From contig JAISOQ010000155.1 of NCBI GenBank assembly GCA_031275515.1, forward strand, positions 1 through 34,725: DNA of 34,725 nt, read 5' to 3'. Source of the stretch: Treponema sp. (GTDB lineage: Bacteria > Spirochaetota > Spirochaetia > Treponematales > Breznakiellaceae). Below are positions 1 to 9,451 of this stretch, piece after piece (the stretch's first letter is position 1; every line of letters starts with the position of its first letter). The position numbers and the translations under genes were made by a program. The notes under the pieces were generated by a model. That model saw nothing but the letters and a program-made list of their open reading frames with translations. It was not told the origin of the DNA and did no database searches.

Positions 1-1194
1 CAGCACCCCAAGGGAAGGGAATACGCCTTTATTCAGGAACATGAGCCGCTTCATCCCCTCCTGCTGGACAGCGCCGGGGGCATCCTCTCCTATCCGCCTA
101 TCATCAACTCCGCGGATATAGGCGCGGTTCAGGTGGGAGACGTCGATCTTTTTGTGGAGCTTACCGGGACGGACCAGACCAGCGTGACCCTGGCCGCCTC
201 TATCGTGGCCTGCGATCTGGCGGATCAGGGCTTTACCATAGAGCCTGTGGAAGTGGAATACGAATACGAGACCCCCTTTGGCCGCAGGGTCACGACCCCC
301 TATTATTTCCAGGAGCCGGTGTTCTGTTCACTGTCCCGTATCGAGAAGTTCTTGGGAGAAAAGCTGGATGCGGATGAATGTCTGGCGGCTCTGGACCGAA
401 TGGGCTGTAAGGCCGAGAAAGCCCTGTCCCACGAAAAGGGCCGGCTGGTGCCGCAGGAGGACGGGACGGGGCAGGCCGCCGGGGAGGGCATCAGGGTTTA
501 TCCCCCGGAATACCGGAACGATTTCCTTCATGCCGCGGACGTAATGGAGGATGTGGTTATAGGCCGGGGACTTAACACGTTCAAACCCGAACGGCCCCGG
601 GATTTCACTATAGGCCGGCTTACTCCTATTACCCGGTTCAGCCGTCAGGTCAAGGAACTGCTGGTGGGGATGGGTTACCAGGAGATGGTCTACAACTACC
701 TGGGTTCCCGGAAAGATCTGGTGGAAAATATGCGGGGGGACGGTTCCCGTATCGTCAGGATTGCCAACCCCATGACGGAAAACTACGAATACGTCAGAGA
801 CAGCGTTTTGGCTTCCCTCCTGATGAGCGAAGCCGCATCGGGTCATTCGGTTTATCCCCACCGTATCTTCGAGATAGGGAAGGTAGCCTACCGGAACGAT
901 GCGGAAAATTACGGCGTCAGTACCCGGCAATATGCGGGCCTGCTCCAGGCTGATAAGGACGCTAACTTCAACATTGCAGCGGCCCAGCTCCAAACTCTGT
1001 TCTATTATCTTTCCCGGGAATACGCCCTGGAGGAATCCGGGGACAGCCGGTTCATCCCTGGCCGGGCGGCGGCCATTCTGTATCGCGGTAAAGCCGTCGG
1101 CGTCTTTGGGGAAGTTCATCCGGAGGCGCTGGAAAATTGGGGGATAACCGTCCCCTGCATTGCCGCGGAGTTCGATTTGGACGCCCTCTTGTAA
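1..1194 (+). CDS. pheT: Phenylalanine--tRNA ligase beta subunit, archaeal/spirochaete type; 5' end lies outside the window
   Basis: Frame 1 is open from base 1 (QHPKGREYAF...LSYPPIINSADIGAV) and runs into the listed ORF 133..1194. The motifs PPIINS and DLFVELTGTD, and the C-terminal GRAAAILYRGKAVGVFGEVHPEALENWGI...AAEFDLD, match what I recognise from archaeal-type PheT rather than the ~800-aa bacterial form. Confidence 0.8.
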   Translation, partial: QHPKGREYAFIQEHEPLHPLLLDSAGGILSYPPIINSADIGAVQVGDVDLFVELTGTDQTSVTLAASIVACDLADQGFTIEPVEVEYEYETPFGRRVTTPYYFQEPVFCSLSRIEKFLGEKLDADECLAALDRMGCKAEKALSHEKGRLVPQEDGTGQAAGEGIRVYPPEYRNDFLHAADVMEDVVIGRGLNTFKPERPRDFTIGRLTPITRFSRQVKELLVGMGYQEMVYNYLGSRKDLVENMRGDGSRIVRIANPMTENYEYVRDSVLASLLMSEAASGHSVYPHRIFEIGKVAYRNDAENYGVSTRQYAGLLQADKDANFNIAAAQLQTLFYYLSREYALEESGDSRFIPGRAAAILYRGKAVGVFGEVHPEALENWGITVPCIAAEFDLDALL

Positions 1195-1317
1195 TTGTAA
1201 TATATTTTGATTTTTGGCTTTATCTTTATTTGTATAGCCTTTATTGTCTTTGTCTATGCCGGAAGGGGAAACCTAACGGCTTGACTAAGAAGCCATAATC
1301 GTATTTTCATTACCCTT

Positions 1318-2712
1318 ATGCCTTTAACTATTAAGCATCTAGGTCCCTGGAGTTTCTACCGCAATGCGCTTACTATTGCGCTGCCGGTAATGTTGCAGCA
1401 GCTCGTGATGAGCATGGTTTCCCTGATCGATAATTTTATGGTTGCAGGTCTTGGGGACACCAGCATGGCTGCAGTAAATGTGACGAACCAGATCAATTTT
1501 ATTTTCATCGTAATCGTTAATGCGGTTTGCGGGGCGGGCGGAATTTACCTTGCCCAGTTTAACGGCGCTAAAGATACCGAAGGTATGCGGCACGCATACC
1601 GGTTCAAGGTGATTTTCGTCTGCGGCGTGGCGATGGTATACTTCATCCTCTGCTGGCTTATTCCCCGCCGGATGCTTGCTATGATGACTATGGGCAACAT
1701 TGCCCAGGATGAAATCATCGATGTCGGCGTGCGGTACATCAGGCTCATGTCGTTTACCCTTTTTCCTATGGCGATCTCCGCAGCGATAGGTACTTCCTAT
1801 CGTGAGATCGGCCTCCCCAAGATTCCTCTGATCATTTCCTCCGCAGCTACGGTGGTGAATACTTTGGGGAACTGGTTCCTGATTTACGGGAACCTGGGAG
1901 CTCCCCGGCTTGAGGTAACCGGCGCGGCTTTGGCGACCATCCTGGCCCGGATTGTCGAAGCGGTAGTTTTTCTGCTCTACGTCCACCGTTCCCGCAACGG
2001 AAGGGCGCCGTTCTTCGTTGAATTCCACAGGATATTCCAGGTGAGCAGGCGTCTTTTGGCGCAGATTCTTGCAAAGTCGGGCATGATGTTTTTGTCCGAG
2101 GCTTCCTGGGTCAGTTCCGAAACCATCATGACCGCTCTTTACAACGGGCGGGGCGGCACGGAGGTAGTGGCCGGAATGGCCGCGGGCTGGACTATCGCGA
2201 ACATCTTCTTCCTTCTCTTTGGCGGCATCTGGACCACTTCTACGGTTCTGGTGGGAGGCAGTCTGGGGGCCGGCAAGCTGGACGAAGCCCGTACGCGCGG
2301 CAAATGGATCACCTCCGGCGCTACTGCGGCAGGCTGCATCATTGCTGTTACCGGCGCCGCCGCCGCAACCCTCCTCATCCCCCTGGTCTTCTCCAACCTC
2401 ACCGATGACGCCCGGCGTATCAGCCTGGGGCTGGTTTACGTCATCTTTTTCTACATGCCCCTTTGGTCCCTGCTCAACGCCCAGTTCGCAATCTCCCGCG
2501 CCGGAGGCGACACCGCATTAGGCATGTATGTGGATGTTTCGGTAAACACCCTGATTTTCGTCCCCGGCGCTTTTATCCTTGCCCTGCTCACTTCGCTGCA
2601 CCCCGTGACCATGTTCGCCCTCCTGAAACTGTCGGACATCTTTAAATACTTAATAGCCCGGCACTGGTTCAAGAAGGAACGATGGGTACGGAACCTGACG
2701 CACAGGAATTAA
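1318..2712 (+). CDS. MATE-family multidrug/toxic-compound efflux transporter
   Basis: The 464-aa protein is strongly hydrophobic with a roughly 12-TM appearance. The N-terminal pattern ALPVMLQQLVMSMVSLIDNFMVAGLG..SMAAV is typical of MATE (NorM/DinF-like) proteins. No clear SD precedes the ATG at 1318, so the start is moderately uncertain. Confidence 0.8.
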   Translation: MPLTIKHLGPWSFYRNALTIALPVMLQQLVMSMVSLIDNFMVAGLGDTSMAAVNVTNQINFIFIVIVNAVCGAGGIYLAQFNGAKDTEGMRHAYRFKVIFVCGVAMVYFILCWLIPRRMLAMMTMGNIAQDEIIDVGVRYIRLMSFTLFPMAISAAIGTSYREIGLPKIPLIISSAATVVNTLGNWFLIYGNLGAPRLEVTGAALATILARIVEAVVFLLYVHRSRNGRAPFFVEFHRIFQVSRRLLAQILAKSGMMFLSEASWVSSETIMTALYNGRGGTEVVAGMAAGWTIANIFFLLFGGIWTTSTVLVGGSLGAGKLDEARTRGKWITSGATAAGCIIAVTGAAAATLLIPLVFSNLTDDARRISLGLVYVIFFYMPLWSLLNAQFAISRAGGDTALGMYVDVSVNTLIFVPGAFILALLTSLHPVTMFALLKLSDIFKYLIARHWFKKERWVRNLTHRN

Positions 2713-2724
2713 AGACCCGCCTGC

Positions 2725-2761
2725 ATTAATTCCCCCGGTCCTGCGGGCCCGGGGGATTAAT
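2725..2761. terminator. GC-rich hairpin between convergent genes; candidate bidirectional terminator
   Basis: CCCCCGG (2732-2738) pairs with CCGGGGG (2749-2755) around a 10-nt loop. The stem is extended by ATTAA/TTAAT arms with a one-base bulge. It lies between the MATE stop (2710-2712) and the addA-like stop (2757-2759), which it overlaps. Confidence 0.55.
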
Positions 2762-5700
2762 CTATCACTATGTCCAGGTCCAGGACTTTTTCTGTTACAT
2801 CGACAGCGTTACTGCTGCGTAAATAGACAAGCTGTGCGCATACCGGTTTCCCGAAAATGTCGGATACCGCCCGGCTGTACGCCGCAAGCTGTAGATAGTA
2901 CCGTTCAGGTTCTTCGGCACGGTCCGTCTTGAAGTCCAGGACATACATGACGCCTTCCGATTCAAAGAGAAGGTCTATCTTGCCGAGGACAGGTATTTTT
3001 CCGGTCTTTGTTTCCGCCATGGTGATAATAGGAAATTCCGATTCACGGTACGCCGCTTTCAGGGCGAGTTTCCCAAAATTCGAGTCCAGGAAGCCCCGGG
3101 CCATTCGTTCCGTAGCTTCACGGATACGGGGGATATCCCGGTCGTCAAGGCGGGCCAGAATCCGGGGGGGGATTTGGGGCGCAACGCCGTTAAAGCGAGC
3201 CTCCAGAAAACCATGGACCAGGGTCCCGAAATCGGCGGCGTCAAGTCCTGCCCGGTTCAAAATATTGTCCAGAGGGTCGTCTCCTGCCGGGGCTGTAGAA
3301 ACAGTGTCCTCGATGATGATATTTCGCCCGGCGTACCGCAGTTTGCTGGCGGCGGCGGATGTCAAAGGCGGCAGGGGGGTAGTGATTGTTTCGGCCCGGG
3401 CGTAGCATGATGCGGCGGATTCGGAGGCTTCCGCCATAGAGACTGTCCCTCCCGAACGGGAACCGCGTGCGGCGCGGCGGATTTCTTCCCGGGTACGGAC
3501 AGGGATGATTTCGACGGTAAAGGGCTCTTCCTCATCCTTCCCCGCGGCTATTACGGGAAGAAGTAAATCCAGAAAAGATGAAGCAGTATCGCTGTCTTGT
3601 TTCTTTGCCTTGAGGTAGGCCAGGCGTTCCTTGACGGATTGAACGGAGTATTCCTTCTCCGCGGCGGTTTCCCCGCCGGATTGTCCGTCTGTGGTCTTCC
3701 CTTCTTTTTCCTTCTTGTCCGGTTCGGGGAGGCTCGCGGTCAGGAAAAGCCGGCTTTCGGCCCGGGACATGGCGACATACAGGAGACGCCTGAGTTCGGC
3801 GGCTTCCTGCCGGGCCTCTTCTTCCCGGCTTAGTTTAAAGAAATAGTTCTCGAATTGTCCCGGCAGTTCTTCCGCCTGTGGCAGGTTAAGAGTCAGCCCC
3901 CAGCGCGCGTCGAAATAGGCGGTTTCCCTGTTGCCCCGGTTTTTCTTGCCGCTGCCGCAGCAGTACACAAAAACTATCGGAAATTCCAGTCCCTTACTCT
4001 TGTGAATAGACATGAGCCTGACGCCTGTACTTTCCTCAAGGAGCGGGATACTGATGTCGTCAAGCTTTTCTTCCGTAGTAATTACATCGTTTATGTAGTC
4101 CAGAAATTCAGCCAGGCCTTTGCCCCGGCGATCCGTGTTCCGGGCAATCTCGAAAAAAAGGTCAAAGAGTTCGCCGTAAATCTGGGAGGCTTCCGACCAC
4201 AGGGTTTCATAGCGATAGCCCTCATCGTACCAGAGTTTGGTCAGTAATTCTGTTACCGGCATGGTACGGGCGGCCTCCGCCAATGCCCGGTACCGCTTTC
4301 GGGCCAGGCGGTAGAGTTCCAGGTCCCCGGGAGGGATCGCATCTTCCAGGGCTTCGTCAAAGGGGGCGGCGCTGCCGCTGAGCAGACACACCGACAGGGT
4401 GAGGTCGCTCAGCCGCATAAAGGGCGAGCGGATGAGGGCGCCATAGGCGATGCGGTCTTCGGGATACACCAGCAGGCGCAGAAACATAAGGAGATCGTTT
4501 ACCGGCGCGTCATTAAAAATACCCGCCGGACGTTCGGCGGTAAAAGGGACCCCGAAATTCTTGCATTGCCGTTCCAGGGCGCTTTGATGAGAGTAGGAAC
4601 GCTGTAGTACCGCGAAGTCGCTGTACCTGCATGGCCGCCACTGTACCCCTTCGGAACTCCGTTCGCGGACCTGGCAGCCGGAATCAACCATTTCCCGTAT
4701 CCGCTCCGCGATGTACGCGGCTTCAAGCTCATAATCGGCGGGTTCCCGGGAATCATCCCTGGAGAGGCGGCCTTTGTCCAAAAAGCAAAAATGAACCAGC
4801 GGGCTTTGCCGGTCTTCCGCGCTGTTTTCTCCCGGAACATTATCCGGAGCATAGACCCTGTAATAGGCGGCTTCAAAACCCGGGAGTTCCCCATTGTCCG
4901 GCAGAAATACTGCGCCCTGTTCCATACTGTTTCCGCCTTCCGGGGCAAGGCCGCCGAAGATACGGTTGAAGGCGTTGATGAGACGGGGGGCGGACCGGTA
5001 ATTACGCGTCAGGTTCAGGACGCCGGTAGTTCCGCCGGTAATTCCGCCGGCTCCAGAGGAACCGGCAGGGGCAAGGGTCCGGGCAAGGCTGCGAAAGACC
5101 GAAACATCGGCTCCCCGGAAACGGTAGATCGACTGTTTTTCATCCCCCACGAAAAACATCACGTCTTCCCGCAGTTCTTCAGGAGCCGGAATGCCGGCGG
5201 CGTCCCGTTCAAGATTTTCGGATAAGAGGAAGATGAGGTCCCGCTGGAGGCCGTTGTTATCCTGGAATTCGTCAACCATGACGGCCTTGCAGGTCTCTTT
5301 GTAGACCCGCCTGATGTCCGGGTGTTCGGACAGGGCGTCTACCGCCAGACGGGCGATGTCATCAAACGTAAGAACTCCCGCTTCCCGTTTCTGTTTGTTA
5401 AATTGGCGCTGGAACTCCTCTACCAGGGGAAGCGCTTCCGCAATGATGCGGCTTTGGAGGGCTGTGTTGGCAAAGGATCCCAAATCCCCGTACAATTCCC
5501 TCACAGTTTTGATGCTTTCCGTGATTACCGTAAATTCCCGCGAACTCCCTACGTTGAGGTTCATGGATTGCAGGCGGTTGAGCCAGGCGAAATACCCGGC
5601 GATGTCCCGCCTGAGCGCGGCGTCGTTACCGGTTTTTTCCAGAAGAGGGGCAATGTCCGGTATGCCGGGCGGCGGGGTTTTAAACAGGCCGTCAAGGGCC

Positions 5701-6383
5701 GCGTACAGTTTTGCTGTCTTCTTGACGATTCCCTGCAATTCTTCCCGGATAACGGTAATCAGTCCGGCGGTTTCCGCAGTTTTACGGTTCCATTGCATCA
5801 ATATCTGTTCGTGCTGCCGCTGCATAAAGCGGATCAAGTCAGGAGGGCGGCTTATGGGACTGTACTCCAACACGGTGTCTGCGAAAAGTTCCTTTGCAAC
5901 GGTTCTAATCTTCCGGTCGGCGATGATGACCTGAAGGGCAGGGTTGTCCCGGTGAGCCAGAACAAAGGGCAGGGCCGCATCCATAGCAAGTTCCCGGACC
6001 TTCTGGTTATCGCTTGAGAAATCGGGACTGATCCCGTAACGGGAAGAAGCGGTCCTGGCTACGGCGGCGCAGAAAGAGTCCAGGGTAAGGATACGCGCCT
6101 TGTGGAATTCCTCAACCGCTTTCCGCGCTCGTTCGTTGTCACGCTGGGCCGCAAGAAGCGCGTAGATGCGGCTGTACATTTCGTTCACCGCTTTGTTGGT
6201 AAAGGTCAGCGTGAGAATCTCATCTGCCGTGTACCCCTTCTCCGTTACGAGCCAGACATACCGGGAAGCCAGGACCTTGGTCTTTCCCGACCCGGCCCCG
6301 GCGGTCACCACCGTGTTGTATTCGGCGGCGGCGGCTTTCCTCTGATCAGGATCAAGACCGGCCAGCAGGGTTTCATTTGACAT
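2757..6383 (-). CDS. addA: AddA/PcrA-like UvrD-family helicase with a C-terminal RecB-type PD-(D/E)XK nuclease domain
   Basis: SF1 helicase motifs are visible: AGAGSGKT (I), TFTNKA (Ia), MVDEFQDNN (II), GDEKQSIYRFRGA (III), NYRS (IV), SIHKSKGLEFP (V), YVAMSRA (VI). The C-terminal nuclease motifs are GTLVHGFLE, GKIDLLF...VLDFKTD and YYLQLAAYS. I chose the ATG at 6383 (MSNETLL...), which is preceded by GGGGGAGG and overlaps the addB-like stop by 11 nt. The longer ORF to 6593 would lie entirely inside the upstream gene. Confidence 0.85.
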   Translation of the reverse strand: MSNETLLAGLDPDQRKAAAAEYNTVVTAGAGSGKTKVLASRYVWLVTEKGYTADEILTLTFTNKAVNEMYSRIYALLAAQRDNERARKAVEEFHKARILTLDSFCAAVARTASSRYGISPDFSSDNQKVRELAMDAALPFVLAHRDNPALQVIIADRKIRTVAKELFADTVLEYSPISRPPDLIRFMQRQHEQILMQWNRKTAETAGLITVIREELQGIVKKTAKLYAALDGLFKTPPPGIPDIAPLLEKTGNDAALRRDIAGYFAWLNRLQSMNLNVGSSREFTVITESIKTVRELYGDLGSFANTALQSRIIAEALPLVEEFQRQFNKQKREAGVLTFDDIARLAVDALSEHPDIRRVYKETCKAVMVDEFQDNNGLQRDLIFLLSENLERDAAGIPAPEELREDVMFFVGDEKQSIYRFRGADVSVFRSLARTLAPAGSSGAGGITGGTTGVLNLTRNYRSAPRLINAFNRIFGGLAPEGGNSMEQGAVFLPDNGELPGFEAAYYRVYAPDNVPGENSAEDRQSPLVHFCFLDKGRLSRDDSREPADYELEAAYIAERIREMVDSGCQVRERSSEGVQWRPCRYSDFAVLQRSYSHQSALERQCKNFGVPFTAERPAGIFNDAPVNDLLMFLRLLVYPEDRIAYGALIRSPFMRLSDLTLSVCLLSGSAAPFDEALEDAIPPGDLELYRLARKRYRALAEAARTMPVTELLTKLWYDEGYRYETLWSEASQIYGELFDLFFEIARNTDRRGKGLAEFLDYINDVITTEEKLDDISIPLLEESTGVRLMSIHKSKGLEFPIVFVYCCGSGKKNRGNRETAYFDARWGLTLNLPQAEELPGQFENYFFKLSREEEARQEAAELRRLLYVAMSRAESRLFLTASLPEPDKKEKEGKTTDGQSGGETAAEKEYSVQSVKERLAYLKAKKQDSDTASSFLDLLLPVIAAGKDEEEPFTVEIIPVRTREEIRRAARGSRSGGTVSMAEASESAASCYARAETITTPLPPLTSAAASKLRYAGRNIIIEDTVSTAPAGDDPLDNILNRAGLDAADFGTLVHGFLEARFNGVAPQIPPRILARLDDRDIPRIREATERMARGFLDSNFGKLALKAAYRESEFPIITMAETKTGKIPVLGKIDLLFESEGVMYVLDFKTDRAEEPERYYLQLAAYSRAVSDIFGKPVCAQLVYLRSSNAVDVTEKVLDLDIVID

Positions 6384-9327
6384 GGCTGCCTCCCCCTGTT
6401 TTACTTTCAACAGCAATAGTATTGCCGTTAGTTTTTGTATTCTTTTTGAATGGTTTGGCATTAAGGGCGAAGTTTGTACGGCAGAGGCACCGGTAATCGC
6501 ATTTCGAACAGGCCGCCAAATCCGTTTCCGGGGGAACAAAGTCCAGGGCGTCAAGAGATTCGGCGAACTTCCGGGTACAGCCGTCAAAGACATCCAGGGT
6601 TTCCTGATAGGCCCCGCGGGAGTGGCCCCGTTTTTTCCCCAGAGAACCGATCACGGCGGTAACATCGTGGTTATTGATGCTGAGAAAACAGGCCGTTTCC
6701 ACCGGAACTCCTGTTTTTGCCTCGTAAAGTTTAACGTACATAGGCATTTGAAAATCCCTGAGGGGCGTATCATCCGCGCCGGTACTTTCGGCTTTTGAAG
6801 GAGGCGCGCCGGTTTTATAATCAATGATTACCGGGCTGTCCTCCGGGGACACCGAAACCCGGTCCAAAATGCCGTTGAGCAGTATGCCGTCCTGTTCCAG
6901 GTCCAGGGAGAATTCAATATCCGCGGCGGCGTACCCGTCGAAATACTGGGATTCGACTTTGAGGAGCGCCTTGATCCTGCGGGCAATGGCCTTAGCCTGG
7001 GAAACCACCAGAGGTACTGCCAGAGGACCCTGAAAAGCGGGATGATTCCGCGCTGCGGCGAAAGTAATTTCTTCTACCCAGGCGTTGTAATCCCCAAGCC
7101 GCCCCTGTTTGAAGACCCTGTCTTCGGCGCGTATGCGGATAAAGAGGTCTTTCAATATCTCGTGGTAGAGCAGCCCCAGAGAAGCGTCGTCCATCAGCTG
7201 GGCTTCCAGGGCCAGGTTCTTCGCATCAAATATTTTTTGGTACAGCCATTTGGCGGGACAGAAGAAGAAGACATTGAGGTCTGTGGTGGCCGACACCCGT
7301 ATCAGGCTCCTGCCGCCTTCTTTTTCTTCCGGGATACGCTGTTTTGCGGAAATCCTTGTTTCCAAAAGAGAGGCGGCTGCCGTATTCCGGGGGAAAGGAT
7401 AGTTCAGGAGAGAGTAGGGTTCCTGTTCTCTAAGATTCAGGACGAGCCGCCAGTTTTCAAACCCTGACTTTTGCGCCGAAAAAAGCCTGGACGGGAATAG
7501 GAGATCTGCGCCTTTGGAATAAAAATTCCCTCCCGAAGCCCACCAATCCTTTTCCTGCCGGAAGAGATCCTGAGATGGCATGCCGGCAGTTTTACTGTCA
7601 GGTATTTCCGGAGCCTCCGTTTTGGAGGGCGGTTCAAAAAACACACTGTGGGGAATAGCCCAGCCGGAAAAGGTTTGATCCGATGCGCTGATACGCAGCC
7701 GGGGCGTAAAGGTTTTCCAGGGGTCCAGATGGTAGAGGCGGAAGAAGCTGCCCGAGACATCGGCGTCTTCCACGGCGATTCCCAGGCGTTTCCGCTTATC
7801 CTGGCGCAGGAACTTGAGGGGTTGATAGAGAACGGTTGCGGCATCCTGGGAAGCGTTAAGCACAAAATGGCAGGTAAAGGGGGCTGCCGCCGCAACCCGG
7901 TAGGGGAAGATGTTTACCCCGGCTTTCTCCTGAACAGGAACGTATTGTTTTTCCTGAAGAACGCCGAGGAAAAACTGAAAGGGCGAAGGCGGCGTAAGGT
8001 CCGGGTACTTTTCTTCTATCTGAATCAGGGCGGAGAGTTCTTCTATGCACCGGGCAAGAACCGCGTCCCCTTCGCCGGTACAGGCGTCCCGGCTCAGAAA
8101 ACCTGTTGCCCCGGCTCCTGTCTCCCACTTCCCTCGAAAGGCAAAGTAGTATTTTCGTATATCCCTAAAGGTACGGGCGCCGGTCATGGAAGAAAGGACG
8201 GTTTTCAGCCCCAGGTAATACTGTCTAAGCCGTTCTTCCCGGCTTGCCGTCCTGAAAGCCTCAGTCCAGACATCTATCTGCTTTCCTTTGTCCCGGTAGG
8301 CTGAAACGCAGTTGTTCCGGATACCGAAATTGATGAGGTCCTTGTTAAGCGCCGGCTGGCTCCAGGGCAGCCTTTCGTTCAGCAGCAGGGACTTTAAAGC
8401 GGTAAATGAAAAACTGTTCGACACACAGGATCCTGCCAAAGAGAACAGTTTTCCTGTTCCATAATCCCCAAGGGGCCTGCCTGAACGGCGGCGTAAGGGG
8501 ATGTTGTAGAGGGACAGTTCCCTGAGCAGATAAGGTTCCAGGGATTCAAGGTCCGGTACGCTTACGGCCATATCTTCATAAGGGACGCCTTCATCTTCAT
8601 GAAGCCTTCTGATTTCCAGAACAGTGGAACGGATTTCCGCACGGGAGGAAGTGAACGCGGCAAGCGGCGGCGGGTCCGGCTTCTCCAGCCGGATGAGGTG
8701 TATGACCGGTTCGTCCCTGAGTATCGCCTCGTATTCGGCGAAGTCTTCGATGGCCTCGGGGAAAAAAATATAGTAATGGTGTTCACGATCTTTAAGGGGG
8801 GGCCGTTCCCAGGACGGTTCAAACAGCCGCCGTTTTTCCAGAAAAGCGGCGTATTCCTTTTCCAGTACCATGAAATCCCGGTCTTCGTCGTCCTGTTTGT
8901 ACGCGGCCCCGGCTGCTTCCAGCCTGAGGCCGAACAGCTTGAGGGAGGGGAGCATCCCTGCTATCCGGGGGGCAAAAACCGCGCCGTCCTCCGCGAAGGC
9001 CGGTGGAATAAGCGCCCGGAAGGGCAGTCCCGCATCTTCCGTCCCGGCGTTTCCGCGCCGGAGGGCCTCCGCGTTTCTTCCGACCAGGTCTAAGGCGAAA
9101 AGTTTCCTCAATATGGCGGAAACCGGCTCCTTGTCCTGCGCCTCCGAACGGATAAGCCCCTCTTTAAAACGGTCCCAGGCCAGGAAGCGGTTCATGGCGA
9201 TAGAACGGATCCCCGTAAGGCCGCAGATTTTTTGCGCCCATTCCGAAGAGGCCGCTTCAGAGGGAAACACGAACCGGCTCGACTGACGGCGCAGTTCTCC
9301 GCTGATCACGGATAAAATAGTATTCAT
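6373..9327 (-). CDS. addB: AddB-like nuclease subunit with a PD-(D/E)XK domain and an apparent Cys4 iron-staple; no canonical Walker A seen
   Basis: The 984-aa protein sits immediately upstream of, and overlaps, the AddA-like gene. Its C-terminal nuclease motif is GILDRVSV...VIIDYKTG...DFQMPMYV. Cysteines are arranged as FFFCPAKW ... CSKCDYRCLC (C-x2-C-x5-C), as in AddB iron-sulfur nuclease domains. No GxxxxGK[ST] was found by eye. No purine-rich SD precedes the ATG at 9327; TATACT lies 10 nt upstream. Confidence 0.7.
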   Translation of the reverse strand: MNTILSVISGELRRQSSRFVFPSEAASSEWAQKICGLTGIRSIAMNRFLAWDRFKEGLIRSEAQDKEPVSAILRKLFALDLVGRNAEALRRGNAGTEDAGLPFRALIPPAFAEDGAVFAPRIAGMLPSLKLFGLRLEAAGAAYKQDDEDRDFMVLEKEYAAFLEKRRLFEPSWERPPLKDREHHYYIFFPEAIEDFAEYEAILRDEPVIHLIRLEKPDPPPLAAFTSSRAEIRSTVLEIRRLHEDEGVPYEDMAVSVPDLESLEPYLLRELSLYNIPLRRRSGRPLGDYGTGKLFSLAGSCVSNSFSFTALKSLLLNERLPWSQPALNKDLINFGIRNNCVSAYRDKGKQIDVWTEAFRTASREERLRQYYLGLKTVLSSMTGARTFRDIRKYYFAFRGKWETGAGATGFLSRDACTGEGDAVLARCIEELSALIQIEEKYPDLTPPSPFQFFLGVLQEKQYVPVQEKAGVNIFPYRVAAAAPFTCHFVLNASQDAATVLYQPLKFLRQDKRKRLGIAVEDADVSGSFFRLYHLDPWKTFTPRLRISASDQTFSGWAIPHSVFFEPPSKTEAPEIPDSKTAGMPSQDLFRQEKDWWASGGNFYSKGADLLFPSRLFSAQKSGFENWRLVLNLREQEPYSLLNYPFPRNTAAASLLETRISAKQRIPEEKEGGRSLIRVSATTDLNVFFFCPAKWLYQKIFDAKNLALEAQLMDDASLGLLYHEILKDLFIRIRAEDRVFKQGRLGDYNAWVEEITFAAARNHPAFQGPLAVPLVVSQAKAIARRIKALLKVESQYFDGYAAADIEFSLDLEQDGILLNGILDRVSVSPEDSPVIIDYKTGAPPSKAESTGADDTPLRDFQMPMYVKLYEAKTGVPVETACFLSINNHDVTAVIGSLGKKRGHSRGAYQETLDVFDGCTRKFAESLDALDFVPPETDLAACSKCDYRCLCRTNFALNAKPFKKNTKTNGNTIAVESKTGGGSHVK

Positions 9328-9451
9328 GTCGAGAGGAAGTATAGCATGGGAAATGGGAAAATGCCAGAGTGATGGTTCTAAGGACAGGGCATTGTCATTT
9401 GCTTTTCATTCCTCTTGCCCTGGGATTCCAACAATTTTACTGTCATGGCAT

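Noticed and set aside
6384-6593. A 70-codon N-terminal extension of the AddA-like ORF, using the listed start at 6593.
   Set aside because: The extension lies wholly inside the addB-like coding region and has no helicase-like sequence. The internal ATG at 6383 has a GGGGGAGG SD and begins just before the Walker A region, as in UvrD/AddA proteins.
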